Assembly (NCBI GenBank): GCA_965153285.1
Contig: OZ229122.1
Reading direction: 5' to 3' (one strand)
DNA length: 64,000 nucleotides
From: Podarcis tiliguerta
Lineage: Eukaryota
Numbering within the stretch: position 1 is the first letter of the stretch; the number at the start of each line of letters is the position of its first letter. Positions 35,480 to 58,397 of this stretch are shown piece after piece. A program made the position numbers and the translations under genes. The notes under the pieces are model-generated. The model searched no databases. It saw only the letters and a list, made by a program, of their open reading frames with translations, and was not told the DNA's origin.

Positions 35480-35546
35480 AAACGTGATTATAAACCTCTT
35501 CTAACGGTATTGGTGTGTTTGCTCCCCTGGGCTGCTTTGGGAGGGA

Positions 35547-35924
35547 GGTAAAAGGTAAAGGTAAAGGGACCCCTGACCATTAGGTCCAGTCGTGACTGAC
35601 TCTGGGGTTGCGGCGCTCATCTCGCTTTATTGGCCAAGGGAGCCGGCGTACAGCTTTCGGGTCATGTGGCCAGCATAACTAAGCCGTTTTTGGCGAACCA
35701 GAGCAGCGCACAGAAACACCGTTTACCTTCCCGTCAGAGCGGTACCTACCAGTATTTATGTACTTGCACTTGCAGTACCTATTTGATGTGCTTTCTACTT
35801 GATGTGCTTTCAAACTGCTAGGTTGGCAGGAGCAGGGACTGAGCAACAGGAGCTCACCTGTTGCGGGGATTCGAACCGCCAACCTTCTGATCGACAAGTC
35901 CTAGGCTCTGTGGTTTAACCCACA
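35547..35924 (-). mobile_element. Sauria SINE
   Basis: (ACCTTT)n tail, GGTTCGAATCC B box; matches other copies in the window. Confidence 0.9.
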
Positions 35925-37024
35925 AATACTTAGTAACCATTTATAGCTCCCATGAATTTTTTAAAGACCTTTCGAAGCTGGCCAAGTTGGTGGCCATTGC
36001 TGCAGCTTGTGGTATCAAATTCTTCCGTTTAACTATGTACTATGTAAAAAAGTGCTTCCTTCTGTCTGGGCTGAGGCATTTTCCATTGAGCCAACTACTC
36101 TGTGGAATGCCTTGCCAAGTAAGGTGCACCAAGCCCCTTCAGACAGCTGGTAAAATGTGACCAGGGGTGCCAACTTGAACAAAATATGGGGGGGGGCTCC
36201 CTCAAATATTTTATTGAGGGGGCGGAAGACCCCTCAGTCCCAAGAGTTGGCTCCTATGGATGTGGCTGTTCGAAAAAGACATTTATTTACTAGTGGGGAG
36301 TGCCTGCAGCTGCCTGGGGATTTGTAGAATTTTTTATTATAAAAAAGCTATTTTTAAATGGATAGTGCAGTTTGTGAGTCTGGATCCATCGCACCAAATA
36401 CCAATCGAAGCCAAAGTCATGTTTTGGTCTGCCATCTTGATTCAAAATGGCACCCGGCATCTGAACAACGACAGCTGCTTCTACTGCTCAGGAATCCTTG
36501 TGCCCAGTTATCTTGAGAGGTGACCAAACCTTTGCCAAAAAATGGGTGAAAGTCACATCCAAGTGACATTTTGGTCTGCCATCTTGATTCAAAATGGCAC
36601 CTGTCATCCAGATGTCAATAACAAATGCTGCCCTCAGCTCGGAAACTCTTGTGCCAAGTTTGTAAATTACATTTTGGGAGGTGGCCGAACCCATGGAGAA
36701 CAGACAAACCACTTTCCAAAAATTTTACTTTACCTTAATTTCCCACCTTTCCTCGAAGGAGCTAATGGTAAAGTACTTAGTTCTCTCCATATCAGCATTC
36801 TCACATCAGCCCTGTGAGGTAGGTCATGACTGAGTAGGGCTTTGAACTCCGGCCTTCCACATCCTAGTCCAACACTCCTAGTCCAACTCTCTATCCACTA
36901 CACCACACTGGTTTTGTATCGGGACTTTTGAGCCACCATGAGTTTCCTGCAAATATTTGGTTTTAAAATAAAATTAAAACACAGATACATAAGCACCTGA
37001 GAGAGAGAGCTCTGTTGGGATATA

Positions 37025-37240
37025 CAGTGGTACCTCGGGTTAAGAACTTAATTCGTTCCGGAGGTCCGTTCTTAACCTGAAACTGTTCTTATCCTGAAGC
37101 ACCACTTTAGATAATGGAGCCGCTGCGCCGCCAGAGCACAATTTCTGTTCTCATCCTGAAGCAAAGTTCTTAACCCGAGGTACTATTTCTGGGTTAGTGG
37201 AGTGTGTAACCTGAAGTGTCTGTAACCTGAGGTACCACTG
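37025..37240. mobile_element. Intact Tc1/mariner MITE; an extra right end lies at about 37465-37506
   Basis: TA|CAGTGGTACCTCGGGTTA...TAACCTGAGGTACCACTG|TA. Confidence 0.88.
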
Positions 37241-37503
37241 TAATAAGAATAAACACCTTCAAGTCGCTTTCAGGCATGTTCAGGCTAGCTGAACCTACTC
37301 TGAAGGCAAACACTTCTCCTGGGTGCTGAGTTATCAGCGGGATGGCTGCCAGGGCCATCTTGCTCCTTGAGGTGATGGGGCTGGTGTGGAATGCATCCAG
37401 ACTTAAACCTGAATTTGTCACACACCTGAAATAGATTTCCAGCACCAAATTTAGCACCATAAGTAGCGTATGTAACCTGAAGTGTATGTAACCTGAGGTA
37501 CCA

Positions 37504-37545
<42 letters not shown>

Positions 37546-38821
37546 CCTGTTTCCTGTCCACACAGAAATGCCCAAGAGGACATCTCAGAACACCTTCCTT
37601 GATGACGCTACTTTGTCTCCTTTCAATTGCTTCCACTTGCCGTTCTGTTGTTCCTGGAATGTGTCTGCTGCTTTCTCCCCCTTTCAAATCATTCTGTCAT
37701 TTCTTGTTCCAACCTGTTCAGTTTTAACAGGATATAGCTGCAAGAGGATATGACTGAAGCAGACTTTAAAAAACCACATGTGCACACTGAAAACAACCCC
37801 TGCGCCAGTGAGTAAGAGCAAATAAGGAACTGGTGTACGTAATACCAAAGCAGAAAGGACTTGTGACTGCATGGGATTTAACTGTGTGCTGGGTTTTGGA
37901 GGTGCTCGTACCCCAATGCAGGGAATTGTGGAAGGAGCCAGAGGCTGCAACAATCATGTTCCGCTCTGACCATGAAGATTTATTCACTTCCACAAGTTTC
38001 AGGCTAGGACAGGCTGGAGAAGAGTCTACAGCAAGGCCCACAAACTGGCCAGGGACTTGGCTGCATAACTAGCAGGTCAAAGGCAAGATTGAGAGGCAGT
38101 TCCACAGTCTGGTCACATGGAGGATGCAGTTCTGGCAAGATAGAGGGCTGGTAGCAAGACAGTTAGTTGTCTCCAACGTAGTGCTAAGATCAACTTTCCA
38201 TTTGCACAATAATTCCCCCCTGTGTGTTCTACGTATGTGTACAGCCCTTCACACTGATGCTGAATGTGAGGTCAGGGGTTGGCGGGTGCAATCCCATTGC
38301 CATTCTCAGGTATCAAGTTCTCCTAGATATTAGAGGGGGAGGAGAGAGAGAGAGAGAACGTTTTTCAGCAGCAGCAGCGGTGCTTTTCGTGTGAATTCTA
38401 GTTTGACCCTGAGTACGGATGGGGGAGAAAACTTATGCATAGACTGCACAAATTTCTTTGCTTCCAAGGAAGGGAGGGTTGTAGTAGTAAGCACAACTAC
38501 CACTGTAGTAAGCACAGTACACTGTCATAGTAGTCGCCTAGTAAAAAAAAAAGTGTTACCATCATTCTCAACGTTTCCCACACTCTGAATGGAGCTGAAA
38601 CAGGGAAAGACCAAGTGCAGTGACATCACATCAGGCACCTGTATTGCTAGGTACTACTAATTAGACAGGGAAAGGAGAAGCAGGTTGGTGGCACCCATGT
38701 GCTCCTGCAATGTCTAGTTAGGTGCAGTCAGGCTGATAGTGATCACAACAGTGATACTCTTTTGTTTTGATTTAAGCGTGTGCAGTGATGCAAGGGAACC
38801 TTTTTAAACAAAAAGTATTAT

Positions 38822-39153
38822 NNNNNNNNNNNNNNNNNNNNNNNNNNNNNNNNNNNNNNNNNNNNNNNNNNNNNNNNNNNNNNNNNNNNNNNNNNNNNNN
38901 NNNNNNNNNNNNNNNNNNNNNNNNNNNNNNNNNNNNNNNNNNNNNNNNNNNNNNNNNNNNNNNNNNNNNNNNNNNNNNNNNNNNNNNNNNNNNNNNNNNN
39001 NNNNNNNNNNNNNNNNNNNNNNNNNNNNNNNNNNNNNNNNNNNNNNNNNNNNNNNNNNNNNNNNNNNNNNNNNNNNNNNNNNNNNNNNNNNNNNNNNNNN
39101 NNNNNNNNNNNNNNNNNNNNNNNNNNNNNNNNNNNNNNNNNNNNNNNNNNNNN
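38822..39153. other. Assembly gap (332 N)
   Basis: Run of N. Confidence 1.
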
Positions 39154-39600
39154 CATTTTGACGTTTAAAAACTTGACTTCCTTCCCCCTCTTTCTGCGGT
39201 TCCTTAAGTTTATTTTTAATGTCTTCTGCATATCCAAATTAACTTAACTTACTCATTTATTCATCTTCTTTAAATATATACTCTTATGTAGCTGCAGGTC
39301 ATTACAGTAATCCACCCAGTGTTTTTATCTGTTTACAATTTATCTGTAAATATTCAATAGACTATTTCCATTCTTTTATAAAAATGTTTGTTATCTTGAT
39401 TTCTTATTCTTCCGGTAAGTTTCGCCATTTCTGCATATTCCATAAGTTTTTGTATCCATTCTTCCTTTGCTGGGATTTCTGCTTCTTTCCATTTTGGGGC
39501 AAGTAACATTCTCCCCGCTGTAGTCGCATACATGAATAAATTTTTATACAATTTAGGTTGTTCTATCCCTGTAATTCCCAAGAGAAAGGCTTCTGAATAC
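39154..39600 (-). mobile_element. L1-clade 3' fragment (different subfamily from the 15-kb copy)
   Basis: EAFLLG...FMYATTAGRMLLA.KWK...EEW...YAEMAKLTGRIR aligns to the end of the 15083-16750 ORF. Confidence 0.85.
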
Positions 39601-40771
39601 AAGGGAACCTTTCACCCCTTTGGCACACCTTCACCTTTCTAGTAAGTGTCCTCTTATCCCTGCCTCCAGGGATATTGCTAAGTACTTACAGGATGTGGGC
39701 TGCAGGCCTACGGCACAGATACACATAAACATTGCATATGTCAAGGAATGTGCATGGATGCCTTTGGGCAGGAGTAGCCAGCAGGGTGGTGTGGGGGCTA
39801 TGTTGCTCTCTAGCCTCCCGAACGCCGCACTTCGCTTCTGGCAACTGAGGGCGAGAGCAAGGCAGTGGGCAGTTTGGTTGGCATGGTGCAAATGCATTGT
39901 TGGGAGTGTTGTATTGGCGCTACACTGAGCACCCTTACTCCCCACTCTGGATCCCCACCCTTGGGTGAAAGACACGGGTTGGGAAATCCTGAAGGCTTTA
40001 TGAAAGAAATCAGCACACCGCCTGAGCATCAGGATACATGACTCAAAAGGTACATAGGCAGAATATAGGAGACACGGATGGGCATAAGAGCAAGACCTGG
40101 TCCCAAGACCTGGCATGCTGTCTCCTCACTCTTTTAAGGCATGAGCCGTTTGCGTGATTCTCACCCCAAGCAAGAAAACTATACTTGCAAGTGAGTTCTT
40201 CTGTTGGGGTGGGGTGTTGCATCTGTTGGTGACGGGCCTCAAATCCAACCCTCTAACTCTCTCTGTCTCTGATCTGGCTGCCTCCACCAGTTGGCCAGCC
40301 CGCCAGCTCCTCAGCACTTGACTGTTTTGGACTGCTCCCCCTCTACTTTTGGGACACCCAGCCACCCCAGGGCAGGACATTTATCCAAGTCACTGCTTGA
40401 ACTGCCTCCACCCCTTGGGATCTGGATCAGATCCTCCTCTGTCGGATCCTGCCATTCCCCCACCCCCCCCAATCCTGCTTGGAGGCATAGAGCCCATGAT
40501 ACCTGCTGCCTTGCCCCTCTCCCTCTGGGTAACCAGCAGTGATGTGTGGCGTAGCCCCGCCGGTGGCTTGCAATGGCAGGTACCTGGAATCCCCCCAGCA
40601 CTGAACTTCGCATTGCACCCAGCTGCACTGTATGCAAAGGGGCAGGAGATCTGGGCTGAGTGCAAAAGGATTCAGAGTTTGCTGTTGTTGTTTAAAAAAC
40701 CTATCTTCTATTTTAATGTTGTGAGACATTTTCAGTATCATTACATTAATGTTTTAATATGTCTTACACAC

Positions 40772-40803
<32 letters not shown>

Positions 40804-41545
40804 GTGGAAGACATATTAAAACATTAATGCAATGATACTGAAATTGGGGGGAAAATGTTACATCACTAAATTGAACAAGGATTTGTGATCATTTCTGCAA
40901 GGCCCCCCCACGTGTAGATTTGTCCTAAAAACGTATGAATATATGAGGTATGAATATATTTTTAAGAAAAGTGAGGCTGAAGGAAGTGCTGTGATTGTGA
41001 AACTTGCAGAGACAAAGCGATTGATGACAACATCCTCAGCTCCCCCCCCCTTATTTAGCAAAATAGACAAATATATAGGTGAATCATCTTAAATCAAAGC
41101 TTCTATGGAACAAGGATTTACGCCCATAGCTTTTGCCTTTGACACCATTTAAGCAACGTGCTTATTTCCAGTGGTATCCCTCCCACCCCAATCTGCAGTT
41201 TGTCCTAAATCATTTGAACTTTTTTTTAATGTTAAAAATAAGCATACATATATCTATATAAATAAATGGATAGTTTTAATTCTATCAATGTTTAATTGTA
41301 CTTTAATGTTTGATTTTTCTATGGTTAAAGCGGTTTTTGTTTTTATCTGTAAGCTGCCTTCAACCCCATCAGTGAAAAAAGTGGGGAATGAATGAATGAG
41401 AGGCTGTGCTTTTAGTGTGTAGCTGTGCTTTGACCCTGAGTGAGATGTGGGAGAAATGGTATGGACGTCACAGACACAAATGTATCTGATTCGAAGGAAA
41501 GGAGAGGTGTTTGGCTAAGTCTGCTCATCAGCAGATTACCTTGTT

Positions 41546-41705
41546 GGGACGCAGGTGGCGCTGTGGGTTAAACCACAGAGCCTAGGACTTTCTGATCAGA
41601 AGGTAGGCAGTTCGAATCCCTGCGACGGGGTGAGCTCCCATTGCTCTGTCCCTGCTCCTGCCAACCTAGCAGTTCGAAAGCATGTCAAAGTGCAAGTAGA
41701 TAGAT
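41546..41705 (+). mobile_element. 3'-truncated Sauria SINE (head only)
   Basis: GGGACGCAGGTGGCGCTGTGG head; flanking 12-bp repeat AGATTACCTTGT. Confidence 0.85.
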
Positions 41706-42872
41706 TACCTTGTCTAAGTAGTTATCTGGTAAACGAAACATGAATCATTCTCAACATTTCTCACCCTCTTAAAAGATGCAGCAATACTTAAATGGGGAAA
41801 TGCTATATTTGCCCCCTATTGCCTTTCCATTTGCCAACATTCAGGCAATGTGATCATTTCTGCAAGCCCCCCTCCCCAATGTGTAGATTTGTCCTAAAAA
41901 TGTATGAATATATTTTTAAGAAAAGTGAAGCCAAAGAAAGTGCTGTGATTGTAAAACTTGCAGAGACAAAGCAATTGATGACAACATCCTCAGCCCCCCC
42001 CCCCTTATTTAGCAAAATAGACAAATATATAGGCGAATCATCTTAAATCAAAGCTTCTACGGAAGTGCTGGATGGGCAGCTGCAAATGATGAATCAGAAT
42101 ACAGATGAAAGGGGAATACTGGTGAGTGAAAATCGAAGCTTTCCTGAGAATGAACTTGCAAATATTATGTGGTTCAAGGCAAAAGCGCTACTTCCATGTC
42201 GTGGCTGCAGATAGGAAGCTGGAGTCCATCTGACGTGGGACGCTAAACCGTTTAGCATCAAAATCTAAAGCTGAGCCAGCTCCTCTCGCCATCTTCATCT
42301 TACATGTCAACTTTCCCGCCGCAGCTGGCTGCCAGAGTCTGCGATACTAGTTCTCAGTAATTAACCGATGGGAACAATTGAAATCTGTTTCACACCAGCA
42401 GCACTACGGCTTCATAACCAGTTGAGATGTCTAATCGGCATCTCGGTTAAAAGTGGCCTGAATTAAGTGGTCTTCAATGATGCTTTAAAAGCCTGTACAG
42501 AGGGGTCTTTTCACATAGCTGTTGGAAGTTCGATAAATGTAAGCAATAGTTCAGCACAGGGAAGCAATTAGCTTCTAACTGTGCAATCCTATGCTCGCCC
42601 ATTCAGAAGCAAGTTCTACTGAGTTCTATGAGACTTGCTCCCAGGTAAGTATGTGCAGGATTGCAGCCTGAAAGGGCCTCTCCAGATTGGTGCGTTATTG
42701 AGGGCATATCCTGCAACAGTGTTCCAATAGTGGGTCCGATGGTCAAGAAAGTAGTTTCTGCACATGCTGCAGATGGGGCTCGCCCCCCTGGGAACGTAGT
42801 TCATCTAGAAGAAGGGAAACTCTCATCCTAAACCTCTGCTGCCTTGCAGAATATCTTTGGAAGGAGTAAACT

Positions 42873-43116
42873 GAGAGCCAGTGTGGTTAAGAGCGGTAGA
42901 CTCGTAATCTGGTGAACTGGGTTCGCTTCCCTGCTCCTCCACATGCAGCTGCTGGGTGACCTTGGGCCAGTCACACTTCCTTGAAGTCTCTCAGCCCCAC
43001 TCACCTCACAGAGTGTTTGTTGTGGGGGAGGAAGGGAAAGGAGAATGTTAGCCGCTTTGAGACTCCTTCGGGTAGAGATAAAGCAGGATATCAAATCCAA
43101 ACTCTTCTTCTTCTTC
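42873..43116 (+). mobile_element. Squam3-like SINE, apparently inserted in an RTE-like non-coding element (about 42770-43410)
   Basis: Matches the 12275-12524 copy; flanking TAAAC repeats; host identity only from a recalled RTE 5' motif (ctagaagaagggaaactct). Confidence 0.75.
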
Positions 43117-43487
43117 TAAACCCTACACAAATCTGGAGTGGAGTCCCTAAGATGGTTGGATGGGCCTTGTATGCCTCCTTCTGGCAACTCCTGCAGCCAA
43201 GCTGGTGCCAAACGTATTGCTGTGCTTTCCTTTGGGCCACATCAGTGAGGCGAAGAGGGGGTTGTGTCGACTGGGCAGCCCAGGACCTCCATACACACTG
43301 CCCAGGCTTGCACCCAGGGGAGGTCACTTCAGTGCTGCTAACACAGCGGTTTGATATCACCCCCAGAGGCGCACTCCATTGTCTCTCGAGACAGATGGGG
43401 AGCCAGCAACAACGACGATTCTGCAACATGCTCTAGACGCAGCAATAGTGAATTTATTATGCTTTAGTCTGTCCTGTGTTGAGAGTA

Positions 43488-43836
43488 AAGGTAAAGGGAC
43501 CCCTGACCATTAGGTCCAGTCGTGACCGACTCTGGGGTTGCGGCGCTCATCTCGCTTTATTGGCCAAGGGAGCCGGCGTACAGCTTCCGGTCATGTGGCC
43601 AGCATGACTAAGCCGCTTCTGGCGAACCAGAGCAGCGCACGGAAACGCCATTTACCTTCCCGCCGGAGCGGTACCTATTTATCTACTTGCACTTTGACAT
43701 GCTTTCGAACTGCTAGGTTGGCAGCAGCTGGGACCAAACAACGGGAGCTCACCCCGTCGTGGGGATTTGAACCGCCAACCTTCTGATCGGCAAGTCCTAG
43801 GCTCTGTGGGTTAACCCACAGCGCCACCCGCGTCCC
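43488..43836 (-). mobile_element. Full-length Sauria SINE (subfamily A)
   Basis: Complete head-to-tail match to the 44976-45320 copy. Confidence 0.92.
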
Positions 43837-43852
43837 ATCTGTGATGGGAGTA

Positions 43853-44207
43853 AGTAAAGGTACCCCTGCCCGTACGGGCCAGTCGTGTCCGACTCTAGGG
43901 TTGTGCGCCCATCTCACTTAAGAGGCCGGGGGCCAGCGCTGTCCGGAGACACTTCCGGGTCACGTGGCCAGCGTGACGAAGCTGCTCTGGCGAGCCGGCA
44001 CCAGCGCAGCACACAGAAACGCCGTTTACCTTCCTGCTATAAAGCGGTACCTATTTATCTACTTGCACTTAAGGGTGCTTTCGAACTGCTAGGTGGGCAG
44101 GAGCTGGGACCGAAAGACGGGAGCTCACCCCGCCGCGGGGATTTGAACCGCCGACCATGCGATTGGCAAGGCCTAGGTGCTGAGGTTTTACCCACAGCGC
44201 CACCCGC
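43853..44207 (-). mobile_element. Sauria SINE (subfamily B)
   Basis: Shares diagnostic variants (gtacccctgcc.gtacgggcc, aagaggccgggggcc) with the 52023-52375 copy; 14-bp TSD. Confidence 0.92.
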
Positions 44208-44975
44208 CACCTGTGATGGGAGTACCTGTTGGCAATTATTAGTTTGCCATATTCGGTTCAAGCGTACACTTACTATTGCCTTTGGTGTGCCTGTAATATA
44301 ACGTGTGAAGCATCCCTAGAGTCACCAGAGTTTGTGCAATATCTGGAAGCGCCACCTTGAGGAAAATTCCAAGACCCCTGTGCTTTTATTACTCTACAAA
44401 CTGATCATCAGGGAAAGCTTTTCTCATGACAGAGCCTGGAGACATATCCTTTCTATATCCTGTGATCAATCCATCTTGGGAAATCCAGGACTGTCTAAAA
44501 TTTCCCCTCAGGATGCCCGGGGGAGGGGAGCAACGAAATGTGCAACATCAGGCTTCACTCAGCAAAGCTGACATCATGAAATCAGTGATGTGATGGAAAA
44601 ACGTGTGATGTTGCTGGAAGCAACATATGCCTTAAATTTGATAGCACTCTAGCGGCTGTTCCCAAATGGGCTCACCAACTCTTACATCTCATACCATGTT
44701 CTGGTCACCTCTCGAGATTGAGTCCAGGGTCATTTCCTTTGGGTGACCAACCACAGTGTCACATTTAGGGCATCTATTCGAAATATGTTGTGCCTTTATC
44801 ATGAGCCAAACATGCATTTACTTAGCTTATGTAAGTATGTAAGGGTAGCTTATGTAAGTATGTAAGGGTAATGGTAATGGTGTCACCCATTATTGCACTT
44901 TCTCCTTTGACTGCCCAATTAATTTTCTCGCTCTTCAGTTCACCCACAGCTTTTTGGTCCAGGGTAAGAATGGAT

Positions 44976-45320
44976 GGGACGTGGGTGGCGCTGTGGGTTA
45001 AACCACAGAGCCTAGGACTTGCCGATCAGAAGGTTGGCGGTTCGAATCCCCACGACGGGGTGAGCTCCCGTTGCTCGGTCCCTGCTCCTGCCAACCTAGC
45101 AGTTCGAAAGTGCAAGTAGATAAATAGGTACCGCTCTGGCAGGAAGGTAAACGGCATTTCCGTGCGCTGCTCTGGTTCGCCAGAAGTGGCTTAGTCATGT
45201 TGGCCACATGACCCAGAAGCTGTACGCCGGCTCCCTCGGCCAATAAAGCGAGATGAGCGCCGCAACCCCAGAGTCGGTCACGACTGGACCTAATGGTCAG
45301 GGGTCCCTTTACCTTTTTTA
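44976..45320 (+). mobile_element. Full-length Sauria SINE (subfamily A)
   Basis: tRNA-like head with A/B boxes and ACCTTT tail. Confidence 0.92.
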
Positions 45321-46330
45321 CTAAGAACTGATAGGATCTCGTCTGTTCAAAATTATGTTTAGTCTGGTATTACCACCCAGTCTGCTAAAATGTTCTCGTT
45401 TATGCACTCTTTGACACAAAGAACCGTATCACCCTTGACACACCCTTCCATGAACGTTCTATAGAATCTGTATTGTATCCCACTTCTTCTCTGGAGCCCA
45501 TCACGCTTCCATTATTCCTATTACCAGTGTTCCTGTTTAGCATACCACAACTTCCCCATGTTGGTTTCACAGGCTTGGGAAACCTACAGCTCTCCAGCTA
45601 TGGTTAAGACTCCAACTCCATGCTGGCTGCAGCTGATGAGAGTTGGAAGTCAGACATCATCATCATCATCATCATTGATTGTTCTCCATCACTGCTATAA
45701 ACTTATACCATGGTTTTTGAAGCCACAGGCTAGTAGAGTTCCTCCTATGGCACAATTATGGATTGCATCTAGCTTAGCAAGGGTCTGATCCTGGCTCACT
45801 GTCCTGGATTTTGTTAACCAACATGAAGACAGAACCCACCCCACTGAGATACAAAGAGCAGCTATGGCTTAATGTAGATCTGAATCTCAGCACTGAATAC
45901 TGAGGGAGGAAGCAGGCAGCCATGACACTTTGAACAGGTAGCATCTGAAAGGTCCTGAATTTCAACATCCTATCTAGCAACCTAATTATTGCTTCTAGGA
46001 TCACATGGCATTTCCCAGTGTCATAGGTGCCTACTATATAAATCCTTGCTGCAGATTCCTCCCCCTTGTTATCAGCCAGTCTATCTAGACCACAACCATC
46101 GCACCCAGCAGGGAACCATGCGGCCGATACACTCGTCCACAAACACTGGTGCCATTTTTTTTTAAAGTCCTTTTGTGGATGGCAGGTCTTAAAGAAAGAA
46201 AACTTAAAGAGGAGGAAGATTACAGCCACTTGCTTTTTTTCCTATAGAAAATCAATTCATGGTGGAAAGAATGCAAATACCAGTGCTACACGGTAGAATA
46301 TAACACTTTGCATGTAGATGGTCCTCGTTC

Positions 46331-46375
<45 letters not shown>

Positions 46376-46440
46376 TTATTATTTATACCCCGCCCATCTG
46401 GCTGGGTTTCCCCAGCCACTCTGGGCGGCTTCCAAAAGAA
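46331..46440 (-). repeat. (AAT)n microsatellite forming the tail of a short retroposon 3' end
   Basis: About 15 AAT units followed by tttattatttataccccgccc...gggcggcttcc. Confidence 0.7.
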
Positions 46441-47726
46441 TATTAAAATACTGTCAAAGGCAGCAAGGCTGAGAAAGATGCCTCTTTGCCTGCCTGATAT
46501 CGCTGAACTGCTGCCAGTTGCAGAAGTGAAGGCCTAAATAGATGGACCAGAGACCCGATTCTGATTAAAGCAGCTTCTTAAATCCAAAGAGGATACTGCC
46601 AAATTTTAAAAGGAAAGTTTTCCCCCTTGGTGTTCATTATTCAGTGAGTGTTCTGGGATTATCAATAAAAGTGCATTCCATACACGTAATAAATGACAAG
46701 TAAAATGTGTTGGGAATACTAACACAATAAATTCGGACAAATTGGACAAATTATTTTTTTTATGTGTTACATTTTTAGATAGCCCTAAGAGTTTGTGGCC
46801 AAAGTCACAGGCAAGCCACAGATAGAGTACCCTTCATTGCTATTACTTAGCAGCATGTAGGTCTGAGGTTTCAACACTGGAAATAGGTTTCTGGCTCTAT
46901 TTAGGATTAATTAGTAAGCCCGTGTGCAGGGTTAGGCAAGGGGAGCATGGCTTGCTTTTGTGCCTTTTAACAAATGAATCAATATTAGCAGTTGTAGCTG
47001 TCACAAATGAGCATCATCAGTTAACAAATGCTGCTTTATTCGAAGAGTAGGTTGGTTGAAAATAATAGTTTTGGCCTCTGCAGACATGTGTAGTCAGTGC
47101 AAGTACAACTTAGGGACATCTTCAACAGCCATGATCCAAGGCTTCCAAGCACATCAAGGGGTTGATGATATTCTTGGAACTTTCACCAAAGGCTGCCAAG
47201 GATATTTAGCAGGCATGGGATAAAAGGGCAGTTCGTTTTATGGGTTAGTAACTGGTTAAAGAGCAGGAAATGGAAGGTACTAGTAAAAGGATAGTTCTCA
47301 CAAGGAGGAAGTTACAGATCCTCAGGAAAACCTATTTGTATTAGGGCCAGTTCATAACTGGTATTAGGACAAATGTTCAAAACTTATCTGAAGGAAAAGG
47401 TGAGCAATCAGGCGGCCAAATTTCCAGATGCCATATTATTCCAGATGGTGAAAATGGGCTGTGTTGTCCCATTTGTTTCAAATTTTAACTTTTCATGTAT
47501 TTCATTTTTTCCGTTGTTGTTTGTTCCTTTTTTTTTTTTTTTTTTTGGTCTTTCACCAATTTCTAATGACGCCAGTATTCTGCTGTCGGTAACTTCAGAG
47601 TTCTCAAATTTCCAGGCCATCGTCTACTAAGCAGAGAAAGCAAGAGCTCCCACCTTTCTAAAGACCCCGAGACTGCTGCACTGAACATCAACCTGGACAA
47701 AAGGCACATTCCATTTCCCCCAAACT

Positions 47727-47732
47727 TTTATT
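47727..47732 (-). terminator. Probable PSMD3 poly(A) signal (alternative 47035-47040)
   Basis: AATAAA on minus strand about 410 nt after the stop. Confidence 0.6.
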
Positions 47733-48144
47733 TAAAAGCCCTAAACAAAGTTTGACAAAAATCTCCAACTGCAGTTGCTCTGCCCAGCTAGAGCTGAAGA
47801 GGTGTTTCACAGTGCCCCCAGATTTGTCTCCCCCACCCCCATTCGTCCACCTAAAAACCGGTAAGGACAACTGTGAATTCATTTAGGCCCTTGCGGGTAC
47901 ATCCATGACTGAAAACCACAAAGTGGCCTTTAGTTTAGAGGGAGGCGCACCCCTTTAATCTGGGGTGCTGCTTCCTCCACCACAAGCAGCAAGAGGGTTT
48001 TGGTTTTTCCCCCTCTGCACCACCCCCAAACATGCAGAATATAGAAAGAAAGGCAAGTTCTGGGTTTCAGCCAGTAGACAATGGTTTGTATTGGGCAAGA
48101 AACAAAAAAACGAAAAAATATATATGCAGCCATCCCCCAGAGCA

Positions 48145-58397
<10,253 letters not shown>

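Noticed and set aside
38785-39237. ORFs spanning X residues
   Set aside because: Artefact of the N gap
39610-40660. GC-richer stretch with several overlapping ORFs, possibly a DIRS/LTR element remnant
   Set aside because: No recognisable RT, integrase or recombinase motif; left unassigned
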